From Salisapilia sapeloensis CBS 127946 (lineage: Eukaryota > Protista > Oomycota): a stretch of 64,000 nt of DNA. This document shows positions 1 through 13,400 of this stretch, in pieces; positions within the stretch are counted from its first letter, which is position 1; each line of letters starts with the position of its first letter. The notes under the pieces were generated by a model. The model was given only the letters and a program-made list of their open reading frames with translations. It was not told where the DNA came from and did no database searches. A program made the position numbers and the translations under genes. Location of the stretch: positions 33,102 to 97,101 of the forward strand of contig JAADVB010000044.1 of NCBI GenBank assembly GCA_023334545.1, written 5' to 3'.

Positions 1-44
1 CTGAGGCAGTGTGCTGGACGTCAGTTGGGAGCTAGTGGACCATT

Positions 45-528
45 ATGGAGCTATCAAAGTCGACGATTTGGAACGCATGTTAGTATCATTGGTATGGAGC
101 ATTGTGATTCAATAAGTAGTCGAATTGAGGTGGATTAAAGGTGGTTGTTGGGTATTGCTACTAGGTCTGCATTGGAAGACGGATGATGTGCGGCTACGGG
201 AAGTGTTTGCAAAATATGGCGAGCTGGAGAAAGGTAGTTTGGGCTAGCATATATTCGGTGGAGTAAAAGTTTATAGTAACGAATACGATAGCTCGCGTGA
301 TTTCGCCAGAGCACTCATCGACGCATTTGTGGGCTGCACTGACCTACAAGAAGTTTGACGAGGCTTTTGAAGCTGTGGCGGAGATGAATGGGCAGGTGCG
401 TTACTTCAAAAATATTATTAACTGGTCAAAATGAGATCTGAATGCATACACAGGAGATGGACGGACGCATCCTCCGCGTGAGTATCGTGGACACGACAGA
501 AGATGACGAGATACCAATCGATCAATAG
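45..528 (+). CDS. Small RRM-domain RNA-binding protein (spliced; 5' end uncertain)
   Basis: Manual splicing across GT-AG introns gives ...WVLLLGLHWKTDDVRLREVFAKYGELEKARVI...ALTYKKFDEAFEAVAEMNGQEMDGRILRVSIV..., a typical RRM; stop TAG 526-528. Confidence 0.7.
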
Positions 529-592
529 AAAGCAGCACATTACATTCATAGGACAATGCAAAGTGTGTTCAATTTAGCCTGCCATTTGTTGT

Positions 593-1948
593 CTACACTT
601 CCGTTTCTTCAGTAGGTAGACTGCGATTGCTTTTCCACTCTAACAGACTCGGCACGTCGTCTTTCACAAGAGCTAGAAGAATTGACAGCTTCTCATTTGC
701 ACGAGCCGCACCCACGTCTATACGAGTGCAGTTCACAGCAGACCGATCACCACGTCTGGAAGCTAGAGCTGGCATGAGCTCATATGTCTTCTCCTGCATC
801 TCCCTCGCTTTCGTAAATTCTTGCGATGAAGTGTAGATGTGCCCTAGCCTACCAAATGCATCTGCTTGCTTTGCAACATCCGACGTGACGGTAGCAATTG
901 CGCTGCATCGATTCAAGAACTCGATGGACAATTCTTTGTTTTCAAGCTTTTCATAGGCAGTGGCTAGCTCAGCACACGCATCACCTTCACCTTCTGCATC
1001 CTCTTCTTTCACGCTAGCTTCCAACTAACGCATATAGGAGGAGATAGGTCAGACAGGATGGATGAAAAACGACGTAAGGATGCTTACATAAGCTTCTAGA
1101 TACGGAATAGCACTCGAAGGCTGATGGAGAGCATTGTAGCAGACACCGATCTTGTACTGCGCCCAGGCCGATTTTGATGCGTCCTCTCCTTTCTTGGATG
1201 TTTCCATCAGTTTGGTGTAGATTGCAATCGCTTGCTCATATAAACGCTTTGTTTCACATGTTTGGGCTTGATCCTGGTAGATCTTCCCTAAGTGAATGTA
1301 AGCTTCGACGCGCAACGGTGCATCATCTTCATGCTCGTACACGATCTCCGCCATGGCGACTCGTTCTTCTAGACAAGCGCATGCTTTATTCAAGTCTCCA
1401 AGGCGGTGATACCCATTGCCCACTTCGCCTAACATTCGTAGCTCTTGTGGCTGGTCTTTCGCCAGCCTCATGACTTCGACACATTTTTCAAGAAAAAAGA
1501 CCATCGTTTTCAAATCATTCTTCTCTCGACAGTAGACCGCCAGGTTTTCATACGCTGATAGTACTTCCATGACTTCACCTTTCCTCTTACAAAGCTCTGC
1601 AGCAACCAAATGATCTCGTAGAAACTCCATCTCCGAGATGTCCATGACTGGACTGGGCAATGTGCTTGCCTCTTCCTTATCAGTCGATGCTGCTGCATCT
1701 TGACGATGGATAAGGTAGAACATGTCGACAAAGGCATGGACATAGCCGTCCATGAGGATCTGTGTACAAAAGTCTTCTTTCACTGCTGCTGGAGATGAAG
1801 TAGGCGGGACAAGAGGTTCGTTAGCAGGTTCGACATGATGTCGGTCTGCCGGACGTTTTAAAGGACCAGGCCGAGCATGTCCAGTCGCTCCTTGCCTCTG
1901 TGCAGAGCGCCCAGCTTTCTTCATCGTGCCTTCCTTTCGTCTATCCAT
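593..1948 (-). CDS. TTC29: Tetratricopeptide repeat protein 29-like (flagellar/axonemal TPR protein)
   Basis: ORFs 1049-1948 and 593-1024 join in frame via intron 1025-1087 (GTAAGC...TTAG); TPR helices; N-terminal CTQILMDGYVHAFVDMFYL and LVAAELCKRKG resemble TTC29. Confidence 0.7.
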
Positions 1949-2222
1949 CGCTATGATGATAGTGGTTGCTATGAAGAGATAGGGACGCTTGATGGTAGTA
2001 AATGAATCTGAAACGTCTCGAGGCGGAAATAGGAGGATGATAGAGTATCATGAACAGAGGAAAGAAGAGCAAGTGTCAGCAGTCGAAACGATGTAACGAA
2101 TAGTGCGTAATACAGGCAGAACGGTTCAGTTCGTCTTGTATTTCCCAACTTTGACAGGAAGATGTGCAACTGGCATGATAGGTCTCTTACCACTGCCAAT
2201 CTTCCTGAGTGCATTGTTGAGC

Positions 2223-3285
2223 TTATTCCATCTTGGTATCGCCATCATCGTCCTTGGAACCAGAGATCTCCGCAGCATCAATCTGCACGTGAAAAGAGTT
2301 AGCAAGATAGTTGTGAAGGGGGAAAGTAGATGTCCTACGTAGCGCTGGAGAGCTTCGCCTTCAATTTCCTGGAAAGGCTCGTCGACACCGACGATGGAGA
2401 CCGTGAGGTTCGCCGTCGTGAGATCCTGCTCGCCTTGGAGACAGCCGCTAATAGCCTGAACAGCGTGCTGAATCATCTCTTCCTTGCCAACTACATGTGA
2501 AGACAGTCGAATTAGATTTTCGAGATACAAATGTCGTGATGAGAGTAACAGCTTACGTCCAGAGAAGCTCTCAAAGTGTTTCTCGAGGTAGGTTCGAGCG
2601 GACTGCGATCGTGCACCTATTGCGATGCCTTTGTACTCGTAGTAGTTACCCGACGGGCATGTCTGGTACAAGTGCACTCCTTTTTTCTGTTATTTATATA
2701 AGTTATAATGTCCGTAAATGCTGTTTGAATAGAAGCTTACGTCAGCTCCAGCAACCAAGAGTCCGACGCCGTACGGACGACGAATGTAAGACTGCGTGCA
2801 CTCCTGTTTCTCTATAAAAGTTCACATGCGACCGATAAATATGCTGCTAGATTCGTCTTTTGCTTGCAAAGAAACGTACTGTCAGCAACATCCGATACGA
2901 GTCGTCCAACCGTGATCGGTGCTCCGTAGACAAACTTGTGGTTTAAGCTCTCCGTTCGCATGAATCTACCAGTAATTTCCACCTCGAGAATTAGCCTCAA
3001 ACTAGAAAACGAGTCGCATTCAAAGTACCGAGCAAGCGATCGGGCATCGGCAGTAAGACCAGCAATAGCCATACCCATGTGGTCATCAATTTTAAAGATT
3101 TTTCGCTGCGGCTCGGCGAGGTCAATGCTCTGACGCTTGATGCCACAGAGCACCACGAGTTTGTCCGAGGTGATGCCAAGGCAGGCGCTGCCCTGCTTCA
3201 TGGCTTCCATGGCGTAATCCACCTGATGGAGCTGTCCCTGTGGACTCCACACCGTCACATCCGTATCGTACTGGTTGCGAAACAT
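2223..3285 (-). CDS. PSMA1: 20S proteasome subunit alpha type-1 (alpha6), multi-exon
   Basis: [17 protein letters not shown] signature, [17 protein letters not shown]; last exon [19 protein letters not shown]. Confidence 0.95.
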
Positions 3286-3414
3286 ACTTGTCTCCGTTCT
3301 TCCTCTCGATCTCGTGCTTTTCTGCTTTCCTACGGGGAGATCTTGTAAAAAGTTACGAACAGTTTATAACGTTACCAGTTAGAAACTGCAGCTTCAAGAA
3401 CCAAGTCGAAAGGA

Positions 3415-4339
3415 ATGCGAAGAGTGATGCGAGTATGACGTCTTTCGTTACTTTCTATCTAGGACCTTTTTGTTTATTCATGTTTCTTTTGTTTGGATAT
3501 AGTTCCTTGGTCAGAAAGATGCGCAGAAAGTGGATGAAGAACTCATGTCGGAGAAATTTGGTTTTAGTGTCGATCAGCTGATGGAGTTGGCTGGATTATC
3601 CGTTGCTTCAGCACTTGCAAAGGAATATCCTTGCTCACAAGTAAATGGAGATGTGGAGAAGAGCTATGCGAATGTACTTGTTGTTGCTGGGCCTGGGAAT
3701 AATGGTGGAGATGCGTTAGTGGCTGCTCGACATTTGAAGCATTTTGGATACTCGCCGGCGATCTTGTATCCGAAGCAGAGCTCCAAGCCTCTTTTCAAAG
3801 GTTTGGTGACGCAATGTAATCAGCTAGAGATTCCGTTCATGGACTCCATGTCGGATGCTGCATCTATCGATACTTCGTACGATGTGATTCTCGACGGTAT
3901 CTTCGGATTCAGCTTTTCTGGAGACATCCGACCACCATTCGACGACGTTGTGAGCAAGATGAAGCAATGCAAGGCGCCTATTGTGTCCATTGACATTCCT
4001 TCTGGATGGCATGTCGAGCAAGGTACAAATCTACAATCTATTACCCCATAAAGAATGCTTCTAGATCTCATCTATGTGATACACAGGGAATGAAAGTGGT
4101 GCTGGACTAGATCCGACGATGCTCGTATCACTCACTGCTCCCAAACTCTGTGCTCAGCATTTCCATGGACCTGGAAAAGCTCACTACATCGGCGGTCGAT
4201 TCGTTCCAAAGTACAAACGTCTCCAAGTTACCATTCTCTTCCTACATGCTAACAATAGTCTACTAGATCCCTCGCGAATGCATTTAATCTGGACATTCCC
4301 ACTTACCCAGGCATCGACCAATGCGTTAAAGTGGATTAA
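3415..4339 (+). CDS. NAXE: NAD(P)H-hydrate epimerase (YjeF_N / AIBP), spliced
   Basis: LMELAGLSVA, GPGNNGGDALVAARHL, DGIFGFSF, SIDIPSGW, LVSLTAPK, HYIGGRFVP motifs; three introns (from 3433, 4023 and about 4212). Confidence 0.93.
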
Positions 4340-4496
4340 GAAACACAAAACAAGAGATGAAAATTGCAAAATCATTTTCGTGATTGGACTTAGTCTTAGC
4401 TCCACCCAAGTTCTAAATCCTGCCCTCATGTCATTTCTTGATACTACTCATGACTTTGTGTATGCCTACTTTGAAAATCAAAAGGATAGATACAAC

Positions 4497-7400
4497 CTAC
4501 AGTTGCGCGACAGCCTGGGACACTGCGTAGTCACCCGAGTGGCTGATGGAAACACTAACGGACGAAAGTCCAAGCTGGCTAAACACTTGCGACGCATGGC
4601 CAGCCAACAGCACGGACGGAGCACCAGACGCTGTCATGAAGATCTCAATCTCACGCAACGGAGCTCCAGCACCCTTCCACACGTTCGGCGTCGAAGGAGA
4701 CGCGTTCGAAATCGCCTTGATAATCGCTTCCTTCGCAGCCCATCGACCAGCAAAGCTGGCAGCAGGGTTCGGAGCGCTGTAGCAGTAGGCAACCTCTTGG
4801 TCCGTAAAGTTGCGACGGATAAAGTCTTCGCGACCATGGAGGTTCTCGAACGTCGCCACGGGTTCGACGTCGACACCGATACCAGAGCCCTTCTCGCCGA
4901 GACCGACGCCAGCAGCAGTCTGCGACAGCGCAGATTCGAGTCCTTCAGACGCTTGACCATCGGCCTTATCGTCCGCCTTCTTTGACGTCGACGCGTGCGC
5001 TTGCTTCGAGTTCTTGTGCTTCTTGGATCTCGAACGCTTGCTCTCGGCAGCCTGGTTGCCACCAAAGTTCCACGATCCTTCAGCAGGGTCGAACTCAGCA
5101 CGAGCCGACGGGTCCAAGTAGACGTTCGACTCTTGCTCGTTCGTGTACGGAGCCGCACCCTTCACCTTAATGAGCGTTCCCTTGCCACTAATGGACTCTT
5201 GCAAGTACGAGTTCATCTTGACAAGACGTTGCTCACGACGTTGCGAGTACTGCGTCAAGTCGTCATTGTCCAGCATCGAGAGCAGGTAGTCCGGGTGGAC
5301 GACCAAGATCTCGCCACCAGCCTGACCGAAGCCGAAGCTCTTCATGACTGCAGCCTTGATACCGTCCGTCTGGATGCTACGGTTCGGGTACGCGAGCAAG
5401 TCGAACTTGCGAAGCGTCTCGCACGTGTTGTCCAAGTTGCGGTTGCCCGGGATCAAACCAGAGTTGAGGATCTGAAGCAGACCGTTGAACATCCAGGACG
5501 CCGCAGCACCCTTCGGGTGGCCCGTCATGTACTTCTGACAGACGATCGGAAGCACGTTACCACTGCTACGTCCAAGATGCTGCAGTTGCTTCTGCGTGAC
5601 TTCACTTTCGTTACGGTCGTTGGCCTTGGTACCAGTACCGTGGAAGCTGGCGACGCCAATGTCGTCGACCGTCAGGTTCCACGCGCTAAGGGCACCACGC
5701 AACGGCGCGATGTCCATACGGTTCTCGTGGAAGTGTTCACCCCACATGGATTGAGCACTCTGAACCTTGCGCTTCTTCATGTCGTTGAGGAAGGCCAGCT
5801 GCGACTCTGCGTTCGCATCGTCCAGCATCTCCTTCTCACGTTCGTACCAGGACTCGATGCTCGCGAGTTCCGAGTCGAATTGACGACGGCGGAAGTTGAC
5901 ATCGAGAAGTGGCGACTTCTTCTCCCCAACGTTCTGCTCGCGAGCAGTCGTGAGGATACCTTGGCCCGGAGCAGGCACAGACCTTCCGTTCTTGTCCGTC
6001 GCCGTGCTCGTAAGTGCCACGACACCGTAGATCGGGCAGCCCATGTCGATCGCAAGTTGCGCATCCATGAGCAGCTGGATACCAGCACCGTGACTCTCCA
6101 TAAAGCCACCACGCGTCGTAGAGCACGGGCGGCACATCTCGGAAGCTTCACGGCCCATGCCGTACTCCTTGACCGAGTCACTCGTGGCCTTCATCTGCGC
6201 GAACTCGTACGATCCTTCCTCACCAAAGTCATCGTATCCGCCGACGATGACGATACGTGCCTTACCAGTCTTAATGGTTTCGACACCAATGTCAACGGAC
6301 TCGGCAGCAGTTGCGCATGCACCGACCGGCGTCTTAATCGGACCGGACGAACTCAGCAGCAGCATGTTCACCCATGCCGGTGCAGTGTTGATGAAACATT
6401 CCTGCAACGTATCACTCGGAACGCTCTTGCCCATGAATCGGTCTTGATAGATCTTCTTGAAAGAGTTCATGCCACCCATACCACCGCCAGACGTGTTACC
6501 GACTTCAGACACGTGGACGTACTGGTAGAACTCATACGGATCGGTGATACCAGAAGCGACGAACGCTTCCATCGTCGACACGAGGACGTACAACGTAAGC
6601 GGGTCGACAGACTCGGCCAGGTCCTTGGGGATACCGTAGCGCTCAGCGCTCCAGCCGGTCGGGATCTGACCAGCGACGAAGCGGTTGAAGTCGAGGGCGC
6701 GAGGGATGCTTAGCACCGATCCCTTGCGGAGACGAATCATCCACGTACCATTCTCATCTTCAAAGATATCGACATTGTCTTCTCCGAGCTCCTTGCGGAA
6801 CTGAATGGCTTCTTCACGATCAGCGACTTCCACTGGTGCCATCTTTTTATCGATAGCAACCTGGTGCAAGATCATCTTCTGGTTTGGATCGTAGCCTTCA
6901 AAGAGTTCTGGTTCGATGATACGGATACCAGCGTGGGCTAGTAGCTCCTCTTCGTAACGCTTCTTGATCTCGTGATCCGCCACCGCTTCCTTCGTCTTCG
7001 CATCAACCCACTTGCCATTGTCGTACGTGATGTGACCAGTCAACCACGCAAGTTCGATGCAACCTTCGAGGGAGAATTCACCATACGACTCCATCTCCCA
7101 ACGCGTACGTGCGTTACCCCATGGGCCGACTTCACCGTACCCAGCGACGACGACGACCTTGCTCAGGTCGACCATACCATTCAACATCTTTTGCTCCTTC
7201 TTCTCCGCGAGCTTCCCGACACCAGACAGACCTGGGAAGTTACTGCTGTAGTAACTCGATAGGTTCGCTGCCGGCTTGAACTTCTGGTCAGCTTGGCTAC
7301 TGGCGTTCGACATAGCAACAGTCTTCTTCTCGCTTTCCAACGACTGGTGGATCGTAGCACGAAGCTTGGCTGTGTGCATGATGTCTTCACGGATCTGAGT

Positions 7401-10400
7401 GACCTTGTCGTTCAGGTTGTGTACCTGCGCCATGCCACCCGTGAGGTCCGCCCAGATCGGTGCTTCAGCTGCACGATCGACGATCTGCGGGTGGAGAAGA
7501 GCACTCAGGTTGAAGCCCATCTCCGTGGTCGTGAACGTACGCATGCCCATCTTCTCGACAGCAGACGCAACGATGTTGTTTCCAGACATAAGACCAGTGC
7601 CACGCGTCCATCCGATGATGGCACCGACAACCGAGAGCTGGTCTTCCCATCCTTCCGAGTACCACTTGTTCATAAGACTTTCCATACCAAGCTTCGATTC
7701 GGCGTACAGACCGTCGCTACCGAAGTTACCGTGGTTGGGCGACAGCGGCAGGATGGCAAGTGCAGGGCGCGTGAAGATACCGCGCGACTGCTTTGCCGAG
7801 ACGACTTCTCCAAGCAGACGTACCGTGTTCGTGAGGAGGATACGGTGAGCAAGCTCCGAGCGACTGTCAATGTCTGAGATTTTGCGACCGAGGTCGGAGA
7901 GTGCACCGAATGGAATGACAAAGTCCAAGTCCAACTTGTGGACGTCGTAGATGTGCGCTACGAGGTTCTTCACATCGACCTTAGAGCCTTGATTGAACGG
8001 TAGGACGATGAGACGACTGCCCTTACTACCATGTTGCTCGTACACCGAGCGGAACACGCCCGTGGACTTAGAGTTGAAGCTACTGGTTGTCACGAAGACG
8101 GTCGCACCACCTTCCAAGAGCGACTTAACAAGCTCCGCACCGATCGAGTTACGACCGCAGCCAGTTACCAAGGCCACCTTGCCGGCGAAAGAGACACCGG
8201 TCGAGGCCATTTCACGCATGCAAGAGAGGAGCATGCACGTCGATTCGACGTCGTAGAGACGAATAGTCGGGTCGACGTCCGACGGCTTACGGATGTGAAC
8301 ATGAGGAAGAACGATTTCCTTGAGGTTCTCGTTCAATCCCGTGCGGAGGTTGGTCGACTTTTCAACAAGCGACTGACGGCGACCGGACTTCTTGTTACGG
8401 CGTCTCAACGACTCACGAAGGGCAGCAAGCTTGGGTCCCTTTGCAGGTTCAACCTCCTTCTTGCTCTCGGCACTCACGGTGTCGTTCTTCGCCGTAGGAG
8501 ATTCATCGCCTTCATCGTAGCTGTCATCGTCGCTATCGTCACTGTCGTTGTTGACAGTGCTTTCAAAGCCAACGGCACTTGGCATCTCGACGGCAGCAGA
8601 GGCAGATTCATCGAACGTGTTGAACACTTCCGCCGAACTGTACTCGAGACCACGCGCCAATTCATCAACATAGTCGGTCGAGTCAGCGACACCGACGCGA
8701 GGGATTTCAGCGTAGTCCATCGAACCATCGTCGTGGATGGTCAAGTCTGGCTGCGTCGGGTGGAAGATCTGGACGTTCATCGGACTGTGGTGTAGCCACT
8801 CCTCCAATTGCTCCACAAGCAACTGGATCGCTTGAGCGTACTCAACGTGTCCTTCTTGCTTCGTCTTGTAGGCAAAGTACTTGGTCGCACGCAACAGCTC
8901 TGGCGTCGCACGGTTGCAAAGGTACGGCTTGAACCATTCGAGAGGAGGCAAAGCCGACTCTTCCGTCACGGTGTCCAGCTTGCTGTTGATCCACTGGGAC
9001 ATTTGCTTGAAGTGGTGTCCAACATCCGATGGTAGCGGCAAGCTAGTCTCTTCCTCCGACTTGATAGACGACTGGATCGTACGGAAGTAGAGCTCTAGAC
9101 CGTCTTGGACGGCCCAGTTCCAGTAACTGTCGTACACACGTTCCTTGTTTGCGTCGAAAGCAGACACGATACCGTTTGCGTAGAACTCACCGTGCTCCGT
9201 CATCCATTGGTTGACCGAAGCCTCGACTTCTTCACGCAGATCCACCTCCGTTTCGATCTTCCGGTGAATGTCAAGACTGTCCTTGCCAAGGTAACTATTC
9301 AAGGCAGCAACTTGGTCCGCAATCATAGACTTGAGACGCTTGTCAAAGTCGCTCGGAAGCGCGGCGGGTTGCATCGCTTGCTGCGGCATGCCACCGGCAG
9401 ACGCGCCTAGTTTGCTGTAGTATGGGATGTCGATGGCAGCAAACTTGGCGTAGTCATCCGCAACTCCGTCCAACCAGGTCTTGGCTTGACCTTCATCCGC
9501 GAAACGGTTCTTCGGGTTCTGCGTCAACGTATGCAAAAGCACGCTTTCGATACGACCAGCAGGCAAGCAGCGTTCCTTGGACAAATGGTCCTTGATGGCC
9601 GCGAGACCGAAGCCACCAGGCATCTTACCAGCAAACAGCTTGGCCATGAGACCACTGGTAACCTTGCCTGGAGTCTTGTAGTCGCTGAACTTGCCAGCAA
9701 GCTCCGAGATCTTCAGGTCAGCTGTGTCATCCGGTCCAGAGCCGAACTCCTTCTCGAGGTCGCCCAACACTTCGTTCTGAAGCGCAGACTTACCACCAGA
9801 CTGCTCCTTGATGGTCGTCTCGTCCGTAATCTCGCTGAAAGACTTGCTGAGCTTCACGGCTAGAAGCACCTTTAGAGCGTGCTTGGCATCCACAGGCGCG
9901 TCAGTGACAGTCGGCACAGGTGCAGGCGCAGCACCGAATGGCATACCGCCAACAGGACCGCTGGGCATCGCTGGCTTGGCGAGGCTCACACCAGCGAAAG
10001 TGGCGTACGAGTCGACGACAGAGTCCAACCATTCCTTGGCCTCGTTCTCGTTCTTGAGACGAGCCTTCGGGGCCATGAGAAGACCATGGACAAGCACACT
10101 TTCCATGCGACCAGCGCCAAGACCCTTGGTGTTGGTCAGATACTCCTTCACGTTCGACATGGAGAAGCCACCCGGCATCTTGGCACCAATGCTCTTCGAC
10201 ACCATGCCACTGGTCACCTTACCAAGAGACTTATAGCTCGAAAATTTACCAGCCAACTCCTTCAGCGGTGCTTCGCCAGCACCATCAGGGGCACTACCGA
10301 ATTCCTTTTCAAGGTCTCCGAGAATTTCATTCTGGACGGCGGATTTACCGGCGCAAAGCGTCTTCACGTCAGAATCAGCAGCAACTTCATTCAGTTCCTT

Positions 10401-13400
10401 GTTGAGCTTTACGGCAAGCAAGACACGGAGGACGTGAAGAGCTGACACCGGGGCATCTTCTGCAGGAGCAGCCGCCGGAGAAGACATGACCGGCATCGGT
10501 GCAGGCGCAGGAGCGGCTTGAGCCGGAGCCGGGGCAGGAGGAGCAGTATCAGCCGTAACCTCTTCCTGGACTTCCTCTTCCTTCGCCTTGGCAGCAGCCT
10601 TCTTGGCCGCAAGCTCACGAGCGTAGTCCGAAGCCGACGGGTACGAGTCCTCTACTTCAAAGTGGACAACGTCGCGGTCACGCTGGTACCACAAGATCTC
10701 ACGATTAATGCGAGCGAACTTGACAGCCTGGAGCGTACGCTGGGCCATAGTCGTCAAGGTTGCGGCAGGACCAATTTCAATGAATCGGGAGACACCAGTG
10801 CCACCGGTAGAGAACAGGAGCGCTTGCGTCTTGATCCATTGCACAGGCGATGCGAATTGGTACGCGAGCAACTCGACGACGAGAAGCTGAGCCAATTGTG
10901 CGCGAGACATCATGCTCCACTGCGTTTCATCCAACACTTCGGCAATGTAAGGACTCTTGGTAACGCTGTGGACAAGCTCAAAGTACGACTTTTCAAGCGT
11001 GAACGGCTCAGCGACAAGGTTCGGAATGTACCGGTTGATCAAACGCGGAAGCTGGCGTTCAAGCACATCGGCTTCAAACTTGGAGCGAAGCAGCGATCGG
11101 AAGGCAGGCACGCCTCCAAGAAGCTCTCGCGAGTGGAACGGCACATCGATGCCGGCAAGAGGGATCGTAGCGACGCCACGAGCAACGACGAACGGACGTC
11201 CGGCCTGCTCAGCCTTCTCCTTCTTCGCATGAGCTTGCTCGAGGCTCTCCTTAATGACCTGGTCTACCTCAGCGACGTCTCTGCCCGACTTGAACGCAGC
11301 CAAGCTTAGTGAAAGCGCTTCGAGGTTTGCGTTCGTACCAGCAACGACGTACTGCCTTCCCTGGACGTTAAAGTTCACGACCTGGAGCAGTTTGCCGGAT
11401 GCAGACGAGATGCCGTCCACAAGCTTGTACATCATGTCTTCCGTGAACTTGGGACCAACGCGAGTCGGGTTCGTGGCCATCATACCATAGTCGGATCGAC
11501 CGTTTTCGTCACGCTTGACAGCCTTTTGCATGATAAGTCCACGCAAGAAGACGACTTCGGACACGGCTTCAACGGCAAGAGCACCGGCGAAGGAGCTCAG
11601 ACCAGCGTACTCACCAAGCGAGTGACCAGCGAACAAGGCATCGTCCGGAATCAACTGAGCTTCCTCGATCTCAGCGAACGTCGCCTTCTCAAGCAACACA
11701 AGTGCCGGTTGACTGAACTGCGTCGCGAAGAGCAAACCTTCCGGAGCGGAGAACGTGAAACTTTGCGTGTGCTTATGAATCTCCGGTAGCAGAGGCGCCA
11801 TTTCGCCCGTCTCTGGGTCTTCCACCGTCAGCTTCATGTAGTTCTCACGAATCTGCTTACCACGACGACCACCAAAGTGGATCGTGATGGAAGACGGATT
11901 CTTGCGGACCATTTCCAAGATCGAAAAGCCGAACTTGGCACGGAGGTGACGGTCACCCTTGTCCCACGTTTCACGAGCAGCCTTGGACTCTTGGTAGCGG
12001 TCCATACCCATGCCAACCTGGGCAGAGCCTTGACCAGTGAAGACGAAGGCAACAGGTGGCTGCTTGATCTCCGCACGAGCACTCACGACGCGTTGACCAG
12101 CTTCGTTCACCACTTCGACAGACATGACCTTCTTGCCGTCGCTCTGTCCGACGTGGCGAACCTGCATGTAGAGCTGGTCGCCAGGGTACACCATACCATC
12201 AAAGTTGGCGGCATATGAAGACACGGAGCTGTCGTCGTTGCGACCAAACTCCTTCGCAAGTAGAGCACGCACCTTGGTGGCTGTCCACATGCCGTGCATG
12301 ATCGGCTTGCCCTGCGGCAAGTTGGCCAGCGTGGCAGCGTAATCGGAACGATGGATGGGGTTCAGATCGTGCGATGCCACGGCATAGTCGAGAGCCTTGT
12401 TCGGGACGCTGATCGAAAGAGGCGTCTCGACAGTGTTGTAGCCACTTCCGAGAGTAACTTCGTCCTCGATGCTCTTCTTACGGTGCATTAAGAACGCAAC
12501 GACTGGGCTTTCGCTCACGTTTTCACTCTGAACGTCAACGGCAGCAATCTCCACAGCACCCTGCGGCTTTTCAATCGAAGCCGTACCGGTAACAGTGACG
12601 GAAGACAGCGTCATCATATCGGCGTAGCGCTTGACGGTCGTCGTGTCCAAGACCACAACGTCACCGATCTGAGGTTCATTCGCGTCGTTCTTGAGCTGGA
12701 ACCAGCACTTGGACAGGATATTCTTGATCTCGATCTCATCGTGCATCGTAATGCGTTCCACGGACTTGTCGACGGAGAACGTCGAGCTAAAGTCGTCAAA
12801 GTTGCCTCGGATAAGGAACTCACTGCGTAGCTCCACGAGCGGCTCGAGTGTTTCTTCCATCTGCTCGCCAACAACCTTACGCGAAATGGTCGCGATACCA
12901 GACACGATCTTGCCACTCTCGATGATACGCAAGCTCGAGACTTCCGACGAGCTTACGATTTCATCGCCAGGGTAGAACAGTTTGGATGCCTTCTTGTCCG
13001 ACAGCAGCTTGTACGAGTGCTTCAAGTGGACCAGATTGAGCAAGTTGCCCTGCACCTCCTTGGTGAAGACAGACTTGATCAGCGGACGCCAGCACAAGAT
13101 GGTCGAGTAATCGGCAGGAGCGGCGACGACATCCGAGCTGAGACCGAGGGATTTATTGTAAGCAATGATATCTTCCTCGGAGATCGTCACTTCATCCGTG
13201 AATGTCGAGAAGATGCTTTCTTCACACGCCTTTTTGCAAGAAGCATCTTCATTACCGTCCTCAGCCACCCAGAAGCGGGCGTAGAAGTCCTTTATCGTCT
13301 CAATAGATGCGGCTTCATTCTCATGGATGGAGCACGTCACCTCTGGAACGTACGTGAAGGATAGTTCCAACGGTACGATCGCCTCGCTAAGAGTCGAGAT

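Noticed and set aside
4119-4985. 288-aa + strand ORF overlapping NAXE and the FAS 3' end
   Set aside because: The first about 30 codons are a NAXE exon; the rest is intron read-through and antisense to FAS
4995-6713. 572-aa antisense ORF inside FAS (also 13626-15434, 602 aa)
   Set aside because: Mirror-frame ORFs produced by strong codon bias in the sense gene; the translation is Val/Arg/Leu-rich with no recognisable domain
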